Below are positions 15,001 through 30,000 of a stretch of 64,000 nucleotides of DNA, piece by piece. The notes beneath the pieces were generated by a model. The model made no database searches. It saw nothing but the letters and a program-made list of their open reading frames with translations, and was not told where the DNA came from. Positions within the stretch are counted from its first letter, which is position 1. The number at the start of each line of letters is the position of its first letter. This DNA is from Eledone cirrhosa (taxonomy: Eukaryota), in NCBI GenBank assembly GCA_964016885.1, contig OZ024760.1:33232001-33296000 (forward strand), given 5' to 3'. Position numbers and translations under genes: made by a program.

Positions 15001-18000
15001 TTTGCTACCAGTGAACTGAGGTAACACTCCTTACCTGAGCTTTACTACCAGTTAACTGAGGTAACATCCCTTATCTCAGCTTTACTACCAGTTAACGGAG
15101 GTAACACCCCTTATCTCAGCTTTACTACCAGTTAACTGAGGTAACACTCCTTATCTCAGCTTTACTACCAGTTAACTGAGGTAACACCCCTTACCTCAAC
15201 ATTACTACCAGTTAACTGAGGTAACACCCCTTACCTCAGCTTTACTACCAGTTAACTGAGGTAACACCCCTTACCTCAGCGTTACTACCAGTTAACTGAG
15301 GTAACACACCTTATCTCAGCTTTAATACCAGTTAACTGAGGTAACACTCCTTATCTCAGCTTTACTACCATTTAACTGGGGTAACATCCCTTATCTCAGA
15401 CTTACTCCCAGTTAACTGAGGTAATATCTCTTACATCAGCTTTACTACCAGTTAACTGAGGTAACACCCCTTATCTCAGCTTTACTACCAGTTAACTGAG
15501 GTAACATCCCTTATCTCAGCTTTACTACCAGTGAACTGAGGTAACACCCCTTATCTCAGCTTTACTACCAGTTAACTGAGGTAACACTCCTTATCTCAGC
15601 TTTACTACCATTTAACTGGGGTAACATCCCTTATCTCAGCCTTACTCCCAGTTAACTGAGGTAACACCTCTTACCTCAGCTTTACTACCAGTGAACTGAG
15701 GTAACACCCCTTATCTCAGCTTTACTACCAGTTAACTGAGGTAACATCCCTTATCTCAGCTTTACTACCAGTGAACTGAGGTAACACCCCTTATCTCAGC
15801 TTTACTACCAGTTAACTGAGGTAACACTCTTTATCTCAGCTTTACTACCAGTGAACTGAGGTAACACCCCTTATCTCAGCTTTACTACCAGTTAACTGAG
15901 GTAACACTCCTTATCTCAGCTTTATTACCAGTTAACTGAGGTAACACTCTTTATCTCAGCTTTACTACCAGTGAATTGAGGTAACACCCCTTATCTCAGC
16001 TTTACTACCAGTTAACTGAGGTAACACTCCTTATCTCAGCTTTACTACCAGTGAACTGAGGTAACACCCCTTATCTCAGCTTTACTACCAGTGAACTGAG
16101 GTAACACCCCTTATCTCAGCTTTACTATCAGTTAACTGAGGTAACATCACTTACCTCAACTTTACTACCAGTTAACTGAGGTAACACTCCTTATCTCAGC
16201 TTTACTACCTGTGAATTGAGGTAACACCCCTTATCTCAGCTTGACTCCCAGTGAACTGAGGTAACACCCCTTATCTCAGCTTTACTACCAGTTAACTGAG
16301 GTACCATCCCTTATATCAGCTTTACTACCAGTTAACTGAGGTAACATCCCTTATCTCAGCTTTACTACCAGTTAACTGAGGTAACACCCCTTATCTCAGC
16401 TTTACTACCAGTGAACTGAGGTAACACCCCTTATCTCAGATTTACTACCAGTTAACTGAGGTAACATCCCTTATCTCAGCTTTACTACCAGTTAACTGAG
16501 GTAACACCCCTTATCTCAGCTTTACTACCAGTGAACTGAGGTAACACTCCTTATCTCAGCTTTACTACCAGTTAAATGAGGTAACCCTCCTTATCTCAGC
16601 TTTACTACCAGTGAACTGAGGTAACACCCCTTATCTCAGCTTTACTACCAGTTAACTGAGGTAACATCCCTTATCTCAGCTTTACTACCAGTGAACTGAG
16701 GTAACACCCCTTATCTCAGCTTTACTACCAGTGAACTGAGGTAACACACCTTATCTCAGCTTTACTACCAGTTAACTGAGGTAACACCCCTTATCTCAGC
16801 TTTACTACCAGTGAACTGAGGTAACATCCCTTATCTCAGCTTTACTACCAGTGAACTGAGGTAACATCCCTTATCTCAGCTTTACTACCAGTGAACTGAG
16901 GTAACACCCCTTATCTCAGCTTTACTACCAGTGAACTGAGGTAACATCCCTTATCTCAGCTTTACTACCAGTGAACTGAGGTAACACCCCTTATCTCAGC
17001 TTTACTACCAGTTAACTGAGGTAACACCCATTATCTCAGCTTTACTACCAGTGAACTGAGGTAACACCCCTTATCTCAGCTTTACTCCCAGTTAACTGAG
17101 GTAACATCTCTTACCTCAACTTTACTACCAGTTAACTGAGGTAACACTCCTTATCTCAGCTTTACTACCAGTGAACTGAGGTAACACCCCTTATCTCAGC
17201 TTTACTCCCAGTGAACTGAGGTAACACCCCTTATCTCAGCTTTACTACCAGTTAACTGAGGTAACACTCCTTATCTCAGCTTTACTACCAGTGAACTGAG
17301 GTAACACCCCTTATCTCAGCTTTACTACCAGTGAACTGAGGTAACATCCCTTATCTCAGCTTTACTACCAGTGAACTGAGGTAACACTCCTTATCTCAGC
17401 TTTACTACCAGTTAACTGAGGTAACCCTCCTTATCTCAGCTTTACTACCAGTGAACTGAGGTAACACCCCTTATCTCAGCTTTACTACCAGTTAACTGAG
17501 GTAACATCCCTTATCTCAGCTTTACTACCAGTGAACTGAGGTAACACCCCTTATCTCAGCTTTACTACCAGTGAACTGAGGTAACACACCTTATCTCAGC
17601 TTTACTACCAGTTAACTGAGGTAACACCCCTTATCTCAGCTTTACTACCAGTGAACTGAGGTAACATCCCTTATCTCAGCTTTACTACCAGTTAACTGAG
17701 GTAACACCCATTATCTCAGCTTTACTACCAGTGAACTGAGGTAACACTCCTTATCTCAGCTTTACTACCAGTGAATTGAGGTAACACCCCTTATCTCAGC
17801 TTGACTCCCAGTGAACTGAGGTAACACCCCTTATCTCAGCTTTACTACCAGTTAACTGAGGTACCATCCCTTATATCAGCTTTACTACCAGTTAACTGAG
17901 GTAACATCCCTTATCTCAGCTTTACTACCAGTTAACTGAGGTAACACCCCTTATCTCAGCTTTACTACCAGTGAACTGAGGTAACACCCCTTATCTCAGC

Positions 18001-21000
18001 TTTACTCCCAGTTAACTGAGGTAACACCCCTTATCTCAGCTTTACTACCAGTTAACTGAGGTAACATCCCTTATCTCAGCTTTACTACCAGTTAACTGAG
18101 GTAACACCCCTTATCTCAGCTTTACTACCAGTGAACTGAGGTAACACCCCTTATCTCAGCTTTATTACCAGTTAACTGAGGTAACACCCCTTATCTCAGC
18201 TTTACTACCAGTGAACTGAGGTAACACTCCTTATCTCAGCTTTACTACCAGTTAACTGAGGTAACCCTCCTTATCTCAGCTTTACTACCAGTGAACTGAG
18301 GTAACACCCCTTATCTCAGCTTTACTACCAGTTAACTGAGGTAACACCCCTTATCTCAGCTTTACTACCAGTGAACTGAGGTAACATCCCTTATCTCAGC
18401 TTTACTACCAGTGAACTGAGGTAACATCCCTTATCTCAGCTTTACTACCAGTGAACTGAGGTAACACCCCTTATCTCAGCTTTACTACCAGTGAACTGAG
18501 GTAACACCCCTTATCTCAGCTTTACTACCAGTTAACTGAGGTAACACCCATTATCTCAGCTTTACTACCAGTGAACTGAGGTAACACCCCTTATCTCAGC
18601 TTTACTCCCAGTTAACTGAGGTAACATCTCTTACCTCAACTTTACTACCAGTTAACTGAGGTAACACTCCTTATCTCAGCTTTACTACCAGTGAACTGAG
18701 GTAACACCCCTTATCTCAGCTTTACTCCCAGTGAACTGAGGTAACACCCCTTATCTCAGCTTTACTACCAGTTAACTGAGGTAACATCCCTTATCTCAGC
18801 TTTACTACCAGTTAACGGAGGTAACACCCCTTATGTCAGCTTTACTACCAGTTAACTGAGGTAACACCTCTTATCTCAGCTTTACTACCAGTGAACTGAG
18901 GTAACACCCCTTATCTCAGCTTTACTACCAGTTAAGTGAGGTAACACCCCTTATCTCAGCTTTACTACCAGTTAACTGAGGTAACATCCCTTATCTCAGC
19001 TTTACTACCAGTGAAATGAGGTAACACCCCTTATCTCAGGTTTACTACCAGTGAACTGAGGTAACACTCCTTATCTCAGCTTTACTACCAGTGAACTGAG
19101 GTAACACTCCTTATCTCAGCTTTACTACCAGTGAACTGAGGTAACACCCCTTATCTCAGCTTTACTACCAGTGAACTGAGGTAACACCCCTTATCTCAGC
19201 TTTACTACCAGTTAATTGAGGTAACACCCCTTATCTCAGCTTTACTACCAGTGAACTGAGGTAACATCCCTTATCTCAGCTTTACTACCAGTGAACTGAG
19301 GTAACACCCCTTATCTCAGCTTTACTACCAGTCAACTGAGGTAACACTCCTTATCTCAGCTTTGCTACCAGTGAACTGAGGTAACACTCCTTACCTGAGC
19401 TTTACTACCAGTTAACTGAGGTAACATCCCTTATCTCAGCTTTACTACCAGTTAACGGAGGTAACACCCCTTATGTCAGCTTTACTACCAGTTAACTGAG
19501 GTAACACTCCTTATCTCAGCTTTACTACCAGTTAACTGAGGTAACACCCCTTACCTCAACATTACTACCAGTTAACTGAGGTAACACCCCTTACCTCAGC
19601 TTTACTACCAGTTAACTGAGGTAACACCCCTTACCTCAGCGTTACTACCAGTTAACTGAGGTAACACACCTTATCTCAGCTTTACTACCAGTTAACTGAG
19701 GTAACACTCCTTATCTCAGCTTTACTACCATTTAACTGGGGTAACATCCCTTATCTCAGCCTTACTCCCAGTTAACTGAGGTAATATCTCTTACATCAGC
19801 TTTACTACCAGTTAACTGAGGTAACACCCCTTATCTCAGCTTTACTACCAGTTAACTGAGGTAACATCCCTTATCTCAGCTTTACTACCAGTGAACTGAG
19901 GTAACACCCCTTATCTCAGCTTTACTACCAGTTAACTGAGGTAACACTCCTTATCTCAGCTTTACTACCATTTAACTGGGGTAACATCCCTTATCTCAGC
20001 CTTACTCCCAGTTAACTGAGGTAACATCTCTTACCTCAGCTTTACTACCAGTGAACTGAGGTAACACCCCTTATCTCAGCTTTACTACCAGTTAACTGAG
20101 GTAACATCCCTTATCTCAGCTTTACTACCAGTGAACTGAGGTAACACCCCTTATCTCAGCTTTACTACCAGTGAACTGAGGTAACACCCCTTATCTCAGC
20201 TTTACTACCAGTTAACTGAGGTAACACTCCTTATCTCAGCTTTACTACCAGTTAACTGAGGTAACACTCTTTATCTCAGCTTTACTACCAGTGAACTGAG
20301 GTAACACCCCTTATCTCAGCTTTACTACCAGTTAACTGAGGTAACACTCCTTATCTCAGCTTTACTACCAGTTAACTGAGGTAACACTCTTTATCTCAGC
20401 TTTACTACCAGTGAACTGAGGTAACACCCCTTATCTCAGCTTTACTACCAGTTAACTGAGGTAACACTCCTTATCTCAGCTTTACTACCAGTTAACTGAG
20501 GTAACACCCCTTATCTCAGCTTTACTACCAGTGAACTGAGGTAACACCCCTTATCTCAGCTTTACTCTCAGTTAACTGAGGTAACATCTCTTACCTCAAC
20601 TTTACTACCAGTTAACTGAGGTAACACTCCTTATCTCAGCTTTACTACCAGTGAATTGAGGTAACACCCCTTATCTCAGCTTGACTCCCAGTGAACTGAG
20701 GTAACACCCCTTATCTCAGCTTTACTACCAGTTAACTGAGGTACCATCCCTTATATCAGCTTTACTACCAGTGAACTGAGGTAACACCCCTTATCTCAGC
20801 TTTACTCCCAGTGAACTGAGGTAACACCCCTTATCTCAGCCTTACTACCAGTTAACTGAGGTAACATCCCTTATCTCAGCTTTACTACCAGTTAACTGAG
20901 GTAACACCCCTTATCTCAGCTTTACTACCAGTGAACTGAGGTAACACCCCTTATCTCAGCTTTACTACCAGTTAACTGAGGTAACATCCCTTATCTCAGC

Positions 21001-24000
21001 TTTACTACCAGTTAACTGAGGTAACACCCCTTATCTCAGCTTTACTACCAGTGAACTGAGGTAACACTCCTTATCTCAGCTTTACTACCAGTTAACTGAG
21101 GTAACCCTCCTTATCTCAGCTTTACTACCAGTGAACTGAGGTAACACCCCTTATCTCAGCTTTACTACCAGTTAACTGAGGTAACATCCCTTATCTCAGC
21201 TTTACTACCAGTGAACTGAGGTAACACCCCTTATCTCAGCTTTACTACCAGTGAACTGAGGTAACACCCCTTATCTCAGCTTTACTACCAGTTAACTGAG
21301 GTAACACCCCTTATCTCAGCTTTACTACCAGTGAACTGAGGTAACATCCCTTATCTCAGCTTTACTACCAGTGAACTGAGGTAACACCCCTTATCTCAGC
21401 TTTACTACCAGTGAACTGAGGTAACACCCCTTATCTCAGCTTTACTACCAGTTAACTGAGGTAACACCCATTATCTCAGCTTTACTACCAGTGAACTGAG
21501 GTAACACCCCTTATCTCAGCTTTACTCCCAGTTAACTGAGGTAACATCTCTTACCTCAACTTTACTACCAGTTAACTTAGGTAACACTCCTTATCTCAGC
21601 TTTACTACCAGTGAACTGAGGTAACACCCCTTATCTCAGCTTTACTCCCAGTGAACTGAGGTAACACCCCTTATCTCAGCTTTACTACCAGTTAACTGAG
21701 GTAACATCCCTTATCTCAGCTTTACTACCAGTTAACTGAGGTAACACTCCTTATCTCAGCTTTACTACCAGTGAACTGAGGTAACACCCCTTATCTCAGC
21801 TTTACTACCAGTTAACTGAGGTAACACTCCTTATCTCAGCTTTACTCCCAGTGAACTGAGGTAACACCCCTTATCTCAGCTTTACTACCAGTGAACTGAG
21901 GTAACATCCCTTATCTCAGATTTACTACCAGTTAACTGAGGTAACATCCCTTATCTCAGCTTTACTACCAGTTAACTGAGGTAACACCCCTTATCTCAAC
22001 TTTACTACCAGTTAACTGAGGTAACACTCCTTATCTCAGCTTTACTACCAGTTAACTGAGGTAACACTCCTTATCTCAGCTTTAATACCAGTTAACTGAG
22101 GTAACACCCCTTATCTCAGCTTTAATACCAGTTAACTGAGGTAACACCCCTTATCTCAGCTTTAATACCAGTTAACTGAGGTAACACCCCTTATCTCAGC
22201 TTTACTACCAGTTAACTGAGGTAACACCCCTTATCTCAGCTTTACTACCAGTTAACTGAGGTAACACCCCTTATCTCAGCTTTAATACCAGTTAACTGAG
22301 GTAACACCCCTTATCTCAGCTTTAATACCAGTTAACTGAGGTAACACCCCTTATCTCAGCTTTACTACCAGTGAACTGAGGTAACACACCTTATCTCAGC
22401 TTTACTACCAGTTAACTGAGGTAACACCCCTTATCTCACCTTTACTACCAGTGAACTGAGGTAACACACCTTATCTCAGCTTTAATAACAGTTAACTGAG
22501 GTAACATCCCTTATATCAGAATTACTACCAGTTAACAGAGGTATCACCCCTTATCTCAGCTTTACTACCAGTTAACTGAGGTAACACTCCTTATCTCAGC
22601 TTTACTACCAGTTAACTGAGGTAACACCCCTTATCTCAGCTTTACTACCAGTTAACTGGGGTAACATACCTTATCTCAGCTTTACTACCAGTGAACTGAG
22701 GTAACACCCCTTATCTCAGCTTTACTACCAGTTAACTGAGGTAACACTCCTTATCTCAGCTTTACTACCAGTTAACTGAGGTAACACTCCTTATCTCAGC
22801 TTTACTACCAGTTAACTGAGGTAACACCCCTTATCTCAGCTTTACTACCAGTGAACTGAGGTAACACCCCTTATCTCAGCTTTACTCTCAGTTAACTGAG
22901 GTAACATCTCTTACCTCAACTTTACTACCAGTTAACTGAGGTAACACTCCTTATCTCAGCTTTACTACCAGTGAATTGAGGTAACACCCCTTATCTCAGC
23001 TTGACTCCCAGTGAACTGAGGTAACACCCCTTATCTCAGCTTTACTACCAGTTAACTGAGGTAACACCCATTATCTCAGCTTTACTACCAGTGAACTGAG
23101 GTAACACCCCTTATCTCAGCTTTACTCCCAGTTAACTGAGGTAACATCTCTTACCTCAACTTTACTACCAGTTAACTTAGGTAACACTCCTTATCTCAGC
23201 TTTACTACCAGTGAACTGAGGTAACACCCCTTATCTCAGCTTTACTCCCAGTGAACTGAGGTAACACCCCTTATCTCAGCTTTACTACCAGTTAACTGAG
23301 GTAACATCCCTTATCTCAGCTTTACTACCAGTTAACTGAGGTAACACTCCTTATCTCAGCTTTACTACCAGTGAACTGAGGTAACACCCCTTATCTCAGC
23401 TTTACTACCAGTTAACTGAGGTAACACTCCTTATCTCAGCTTTACTCCCAGTGAACTGAGGTAACACCCCTTATCTCAGCTTTACTACCAGTGAACTGAG
23501 GTAACATCCCTTATCTCAGATTTACTACCAGTTAACTGAGGTAACATCCCTTATCTCAGCTTTACTACCAGTTAACTGAGGTAACACCCCTTATCTCAAC
23601 TTTACTACCAGTTAACTGAGGTAACACTCCTTATCTCAGCTTTACTACCAGTTAACTGAGGTAACACTCCTTATCTCAGCTTTAATACCAGTTAACTGAG
23701 GTAACACCCCTTATCTCAGCTTTAATACCAGTTAACTGAGGTAACACCCCTTATCTCAGCTTTAATACCAGTTAACTGAGGTAACACCCCTTATCTCAGC
23801 TTTACTACCAGTTAACTGAGGTAACACCCCTTATCTCAGCTTTACTACCAGTTAACTGAGGTAACACCCCTTATCTCAGCTTTACTACCAGTTAACTGAG
23901 GTAACACCCCTTATCTCAACTTTACTACCAGTTAACTGAGGTAACACTCCTTATCTCAGCTTTACTACCAGTTAACTGAGGTAACACTCCTTATCTCAGC

Positions 24001-27000
24001 TTTAATACCAGTTAACTGAGGTAACACCCCTTATCTCAGCTTTAATACCAGTTAACTGAGGTAACACCCCTTATCTCAGCTTTAATACCAGTTAACTGAG
24101 GTAACACCCCTTATCTCAGCTTTACTACCAGTTAACTGAGGTAACACCCCTTATCTCAGCTTTACTACCAGTTAACTGAGGTAACACCCCTTATCTCAGC
24201 TTTAATACCAGTTAACTGAGGTAACACCCCTTATCTCAGCTTTAATACCAGTTAACTGAGGTAACACCCCTTATCTCAGCTTTACTACCAGTGAACTGAG
24301 GTAACACACCTTATCTCAGCTTTACTACCAGTTAACTGAGGTAACACCCCTTATCTCAGCTTTACTACCAGTGAACTGAGGTAACACACCTTATCTCAGC
24401 TTTAATAACAGTTAACTGAGGTAACATCCCTTATATCAGAATTACTACCAGTTAACAGAGGTATCACCCCTTATCTCAGCTTTACTACCAGTTAACTGAG
24501 GTAACACTCCTTATCTCAGCTTTACTACCAGTTAACTGAGGTAACACCCCTTATCTCAGCTTTACTACCAGTTAACTGGGGTAACATACCTTATCTCAGC
24601 TTTACTACCAGTGAACTGAGGTAACACCCCTTATCTCAGCTTTACTACCAGTTAACTGAGGTAACACTCCTTATCTCAGCTTTACTACCAGTTAACTGAG
24701 GTAACACTCCTTATCTCAGCTTTACTACCAGTTAACTGAGGTAACACCCCTTATCTCAGCTTTACTACCAGTGAACTGAGGTAACACCCCTTATCTCAGC
24801 TTTACTCTCAGTTAACTGAGGTAACATCTCTTACCTCAACTTTACTACCAGTTAACTGAGGTAACACTCCTTATCTCAGCTTTACTACCAGTGAATTGAG
24901 GTAACACCCCTTATCTCAGCTTGACTCCCAGTGAACTGAGGTAACACCCCTTATCTCAGCTTTACTACCAGTTAACTGAGGTAACACCCATTATCTCAGC
25001 TTTACTACCAGTGAACTGAGGTAACACCCCTTATCTCAGCTTTACTCCCAGTTAACTGAGGTAACATCTCTTACCTCAACTTTACTACCAGTTAACTTAG
25101 GTAACACTCCTTATCTCAGCTTTACTACCAGTGAACTGAGGTAACACCCCTTATCTCAGCTTTACTCCCAGTGAACTGAGGTAACACCCCTTATCTCAGC
25201 TTTACTACCAGTTAACTGAGGTAACATCCCTTATCTCAGCTTTACTACCAGTTAACTGAGGTAACACTCCTTATCTCAGCTTTACTACCAGTGAACTGAG
25301 GTAACACCCCTTATCTCAGCTTTACTACCAGTTAACTGAGGTAACACTCCTTATCTCAGCTTTACTCCCAGTGAACTGAGGTAACACCCCTTATCTCAGC
25401 TTTACTACCAGTGAACTGAGGTAACATCCCTTATCTCAGATTTACTACCAGTTAACTGAGGTAACATCCCTTATCTCAGCTTTACTACCAGTTAACTGAG
25501 GTAACACCCCTTATCTCAACTTTACTACCAGTTAACTGAGGTAACACTCCTTATCTCAGCTTTACTACCAGTTAACTGAGGTAACACTCCTTATCTCAGC
25601 TTTAATACCAGTTAACTGAGGTAACACCCCTTATCTCAGCTTTAATACCAGTTAACTGAGGTAACACCCCTTATCTCAGCTTTAATACCAGTTAACTGAG
25701 GTAACACCCCTTATCTCAGCTTTACTACCAGTTAACTGAGGTAACACCCCTTATCTCAGCTTTACTACCAGTTAACTGAGGTAACACCCCTTATCTCAGC
25801 TTTAATACCAGTTAACTGAGGTAACACCCCTTATCTCAGCTTTAATACCAGTTAACTGAGGTAACACCCCTTATCTCAGCTTTACTACCAGTGAACTGAG
25901 GTAACACACCTTATCTCAGCTTTACTACCAGTTAACTGAGGTAACACCCCTTATCTCAGCTTTACTACCAGTGAACTGAGGTAACACACCTTATCTCAGC
26001 TTTAATAACAGTTAACTGAGGTAACATCCCTTATATCAGAATTACTACCAGTTAACAGAGGTATCACCCCTTATCTCAGCTTTACTACCAGTTAACTGAG
26101 GTAACACTCCTTATCTCAGCTTTACTACCAGTTAACTGAGGTAACACCCCTTATCTCAGCTTTACTACCAGTTAACTGGGGTAACATACCTTATCTCAGC
26201 TTTACTACCAGTGAACTGAGGTAACACCCCTTATCTCAGCTTTACTACCAGTTAACTGAGGTAACACTCCTTATCTCAGCTTTACTACCAGTTAACTGAG
26301 GTAACACTCCTTATCTCAGCTTTACTACCAGTTAACTGAGGTAACACCCCTTATCTCAGCTTTACTACCAGTGAACTGAGGTAACACCCCTTATCTCAGC
26401 TTTACTCTCAGTTAACTGAGGTAACATCTCTTACCTCAACTTTACTACCAGTTAACTGAGGTAACACTCCTTATCTCAGCTTTACTACCAGTGAATTGAG
26501 GTAACACCCCTTATCTCAGCTTGACTCCCAGTGAACTGAGGTAACACCCCTTATCTCAGCTTTACTACCAGTTAACTGAGGTACCATCCCTTATATCAGC
26601 TTTACTACCAGTGAACTGAGGTAACACCCCTTATCTCAGCTTTACTCCCAGTGAACTGAGGTAACACCCCTTATCTCAGCCTTACTACCAGTTAACTGAG
26701 ATAACATCCCTTATCTCAGCTTTACTACCAGTTAACTGAGGTAACACCCCTTATCTCAGCTTTACTACCAGTGAACTGAGGTAACACCCCTTATCTCAGC
26801 TTTACTACCAGTTAACTGAGGTAACATCCCTTATCTCAGCTTTACTACCAGTTAACTGAGGTAACACCCCTTATCTCAGCTTTACTACCAGTGAACTGAG
26901 GTAACACTCCTTATCTCAGCTTTACTACCAGTTAACTGAGGTAACCCTCCTTATCTCAGCTTTACTACCAGTGAACTGAGGTAACACCCCTTATCTCAGC

Positions 27001-30000
27001 TTTACTACCAGTTAACTGAGGTAACATCCCTTATCTCAGCTTTACTACCAGTGAACTGAGGTAACACCCCTTATCTCAGCTTTACTACCAGTGAACTGAG
27101 GTAACACCCCTTATCTCAGCTTTACTACCAGTTAACTGAGGTAACACCCCTTATCTCAGCTTTACTACCAGTGAACTGAGGTAACATCCCTTATCCCAGC
27201 TTTACTACCAGTGAACTGAGGTAACACCCCTTATCTCAGCTTTACTACCAGTGAACTGAGGTAACATCCCTTATCTCAGCTTTACTACCAGTGAACTGAG
27301 GTAACACCCCTTATCTCAGCTTTACTACCAGTTAACTGAGGTAACACCCATTATCTCAGCTTTACTACCAGTGAACTGAGGTAACACCCCTTATCTCAGC
27401 TTTACTCCCAGTTAACTGAGGTAACATCTCTTACCTCAACTTTACTACCAGTTAACTTAGGTAACACTCCTTATCTCAGCTTTACTACCAGTGAACTGAG
27501 GTAACACCCCTTATCTCAGCTTTACTCCCAGTGAACTGAGGTAACACCCCTTATCTCAGCTTTACTACCAGTTAACTGAGGTAACATCCCTTATCTCAGC
27601 TTTACTACCAGTTAACTGAGGTAACACTCCTTATCTCAGCTTTACTACCAGTGAACTGAGGTAACACCCCTTATCTCAGCTTTACTACCAGTTAACTGAG
27701 GTAACACACCTTATCTCAGCTTTACTCCCAGTGAACTGAGGTAACACCCCTTATCTCAGCTTTACTACCAGTGAACTGAGGTAACATCCCTTATCTCAGA
27801 TTTACTACCAGTTAACTGAGGTAACATCCCTTATCTCAGCTTTACTACCAGTTAACTGAGGTAACACCCCTTATCTCAACTTTACTACCAGTTAACTGAG
27901 GTAACACTCCTTATCTCAGCTTTACTACCAGTTAACTGAGGTAACACTCCTTATCTCAGCTTTAATACCAGTTAACTGAGGTAACACCCCTTATCTCAGC
28001 TTTAATACCAGTTAACTGAGGTAACACCCCTTATCTCAGCTTTAATACCAGTTAACTGAGGTAACACCCCTTATCTCAGCTTTACTACCAGTTAACTGAG
28101 GTAACACCCCTTATCTCAGCTTTACTACCAGTTAACTGAGGTAACACCCCTTATCTCAGCTTTAATACCAGTTAACTGAGGTAACACCCCTTATCTCAGC
28201 TTTAATACCAGTTAACTGAGGTAACACCCCTTATCTCAGCTTTACTACCAGTGAACTGAGGTAACACACCTTATCTCAGCTTTACTACCAGTTAACTGAG
28301 GTAACACCCCCTTATCTCAGCTTTACTACCAGTGAACTGAGGTAACACACCTTATCTCAGCTTTAATAACAGTTAACTGAGGTAACATCCCTTATATCAG
28401 AATTACTACCAGTTAACAGAGGTATCACCCCTTATCTCAGCTTTACTACCAGTTAACTGAGGTAACACTCCTTATCTCAGCTTTACTACCAGTTAACTGA
28501 GGTAACACCCCTTATCTCAGCTTTACTACCAGTTAACTGGGGTAACATACCTTATCTCAGCTTTACTACCAGTGAACTGAGGTAACACCCCTTATCTCAG
28601 CTTTACTACCAGTTAACTGAGGTAACACTCCTTATCTCAGCTTTACTACCAGTTAACTGAGGTAACACCCCTTACCTCAGCTTTACTACCAGTTAACTGA
28701 GGTAACACCCCTTATCTCAGCTTTACTACCAGTTAACTGAGGTAACATCCCTTATCTCAGCTTTACTACCAGTGAACTGGGGTAACACCCCTTATCTCAG
28801 CTTTACTACCAGTTAACTGAGGTAACACCCCTTATCTCAGCTTTACTACCAGTTAACTGAGGTAACACCCCTTATCTCAGCTTTACTACCAGTGAACTGG
28901 GGTAACACCACTTATCTCAGCTTTACAACCAGTGAACTGAGGTAACACTCCTTATCTCAACTTTACTACCAGTTAACTGAGGTAACACCCCTTATCTCAG
29001 CTTTACTACCAGTTAACTGAGGTAACATCCCTTATCTCAGCTTTACTACCAGTTAACTGAGGTAACACCCCTTATCTCAGCTTTACTACCAGTGAACTGA
29101 GGTAACACCCCTTATCTCAGCTTTACTACCAGTTAACTGAGGTAACACCCCTTATCTCAGCTTTACTACCAGTTAACTGAGGTAACATCCCTTATCTCAG
29201 CTTTACTACCAGTTAACTGAGGTAACACCCCTTATCTCAGCTTTACTACCAGTGAACTGAGGTAACACTCCTTATCTCAGCTTTACTACCAGTGAACTGA
29301 GGTAACACTCCTTATCTCAGCTTTACTACCAGTTAACTGAGGTAACACCCCTTATCTCAGCTTTACTACCAGTTAACTGAGGTAACATCCCTTATCTCAG
29401 CTTTACTACCAGTTAACTGAGGTAACACCCCTTATCTCAGCTTTACTACCAGTTAACTGAGGTAACACCCCTTATCTCAGCTTTACTACCAGTTAACTGA
29501 GGTAACACCCCTTATCTCAGCTTTACTACCAGTTAACTGAGGTAACACTCCTAATCTCAGCTTTACTACCAGTTATCTGAGGTAACATCCCTTATCTCAG
29601 CTTTACTACCAGTTAACTGAGGTAACACCCCTTATCTCAGCTTTACTACCAGTGAACTGAGGTAACACCCCTTATCTCAGCTTTACTACCAGTGAACTGA
29701 GGTAACACTCCTTATCTCAGCTTTACTACCAGTGAACTGAGGTAACACTCCTTATCTCAGCTTTACTACCAGTGAACTGAGGTAACACCCCTTATCTCAG
29801 CTTTACTACCAGTGAACTGAGGTAACATCCCTTATCTCAGCTTTACTACCAGTGAACTGAGGTAACACCCCTTATCTCAGCTTTACTACCAGTTAACTGA
29901 GGTAACACTCCTTATCTCAGCTTTGCTACCAGTGAACTGAGGTAACACTCCTTACCTGAGCTTTACTACCAGTTAACTGAGGTAACATCCCTTATCTCAG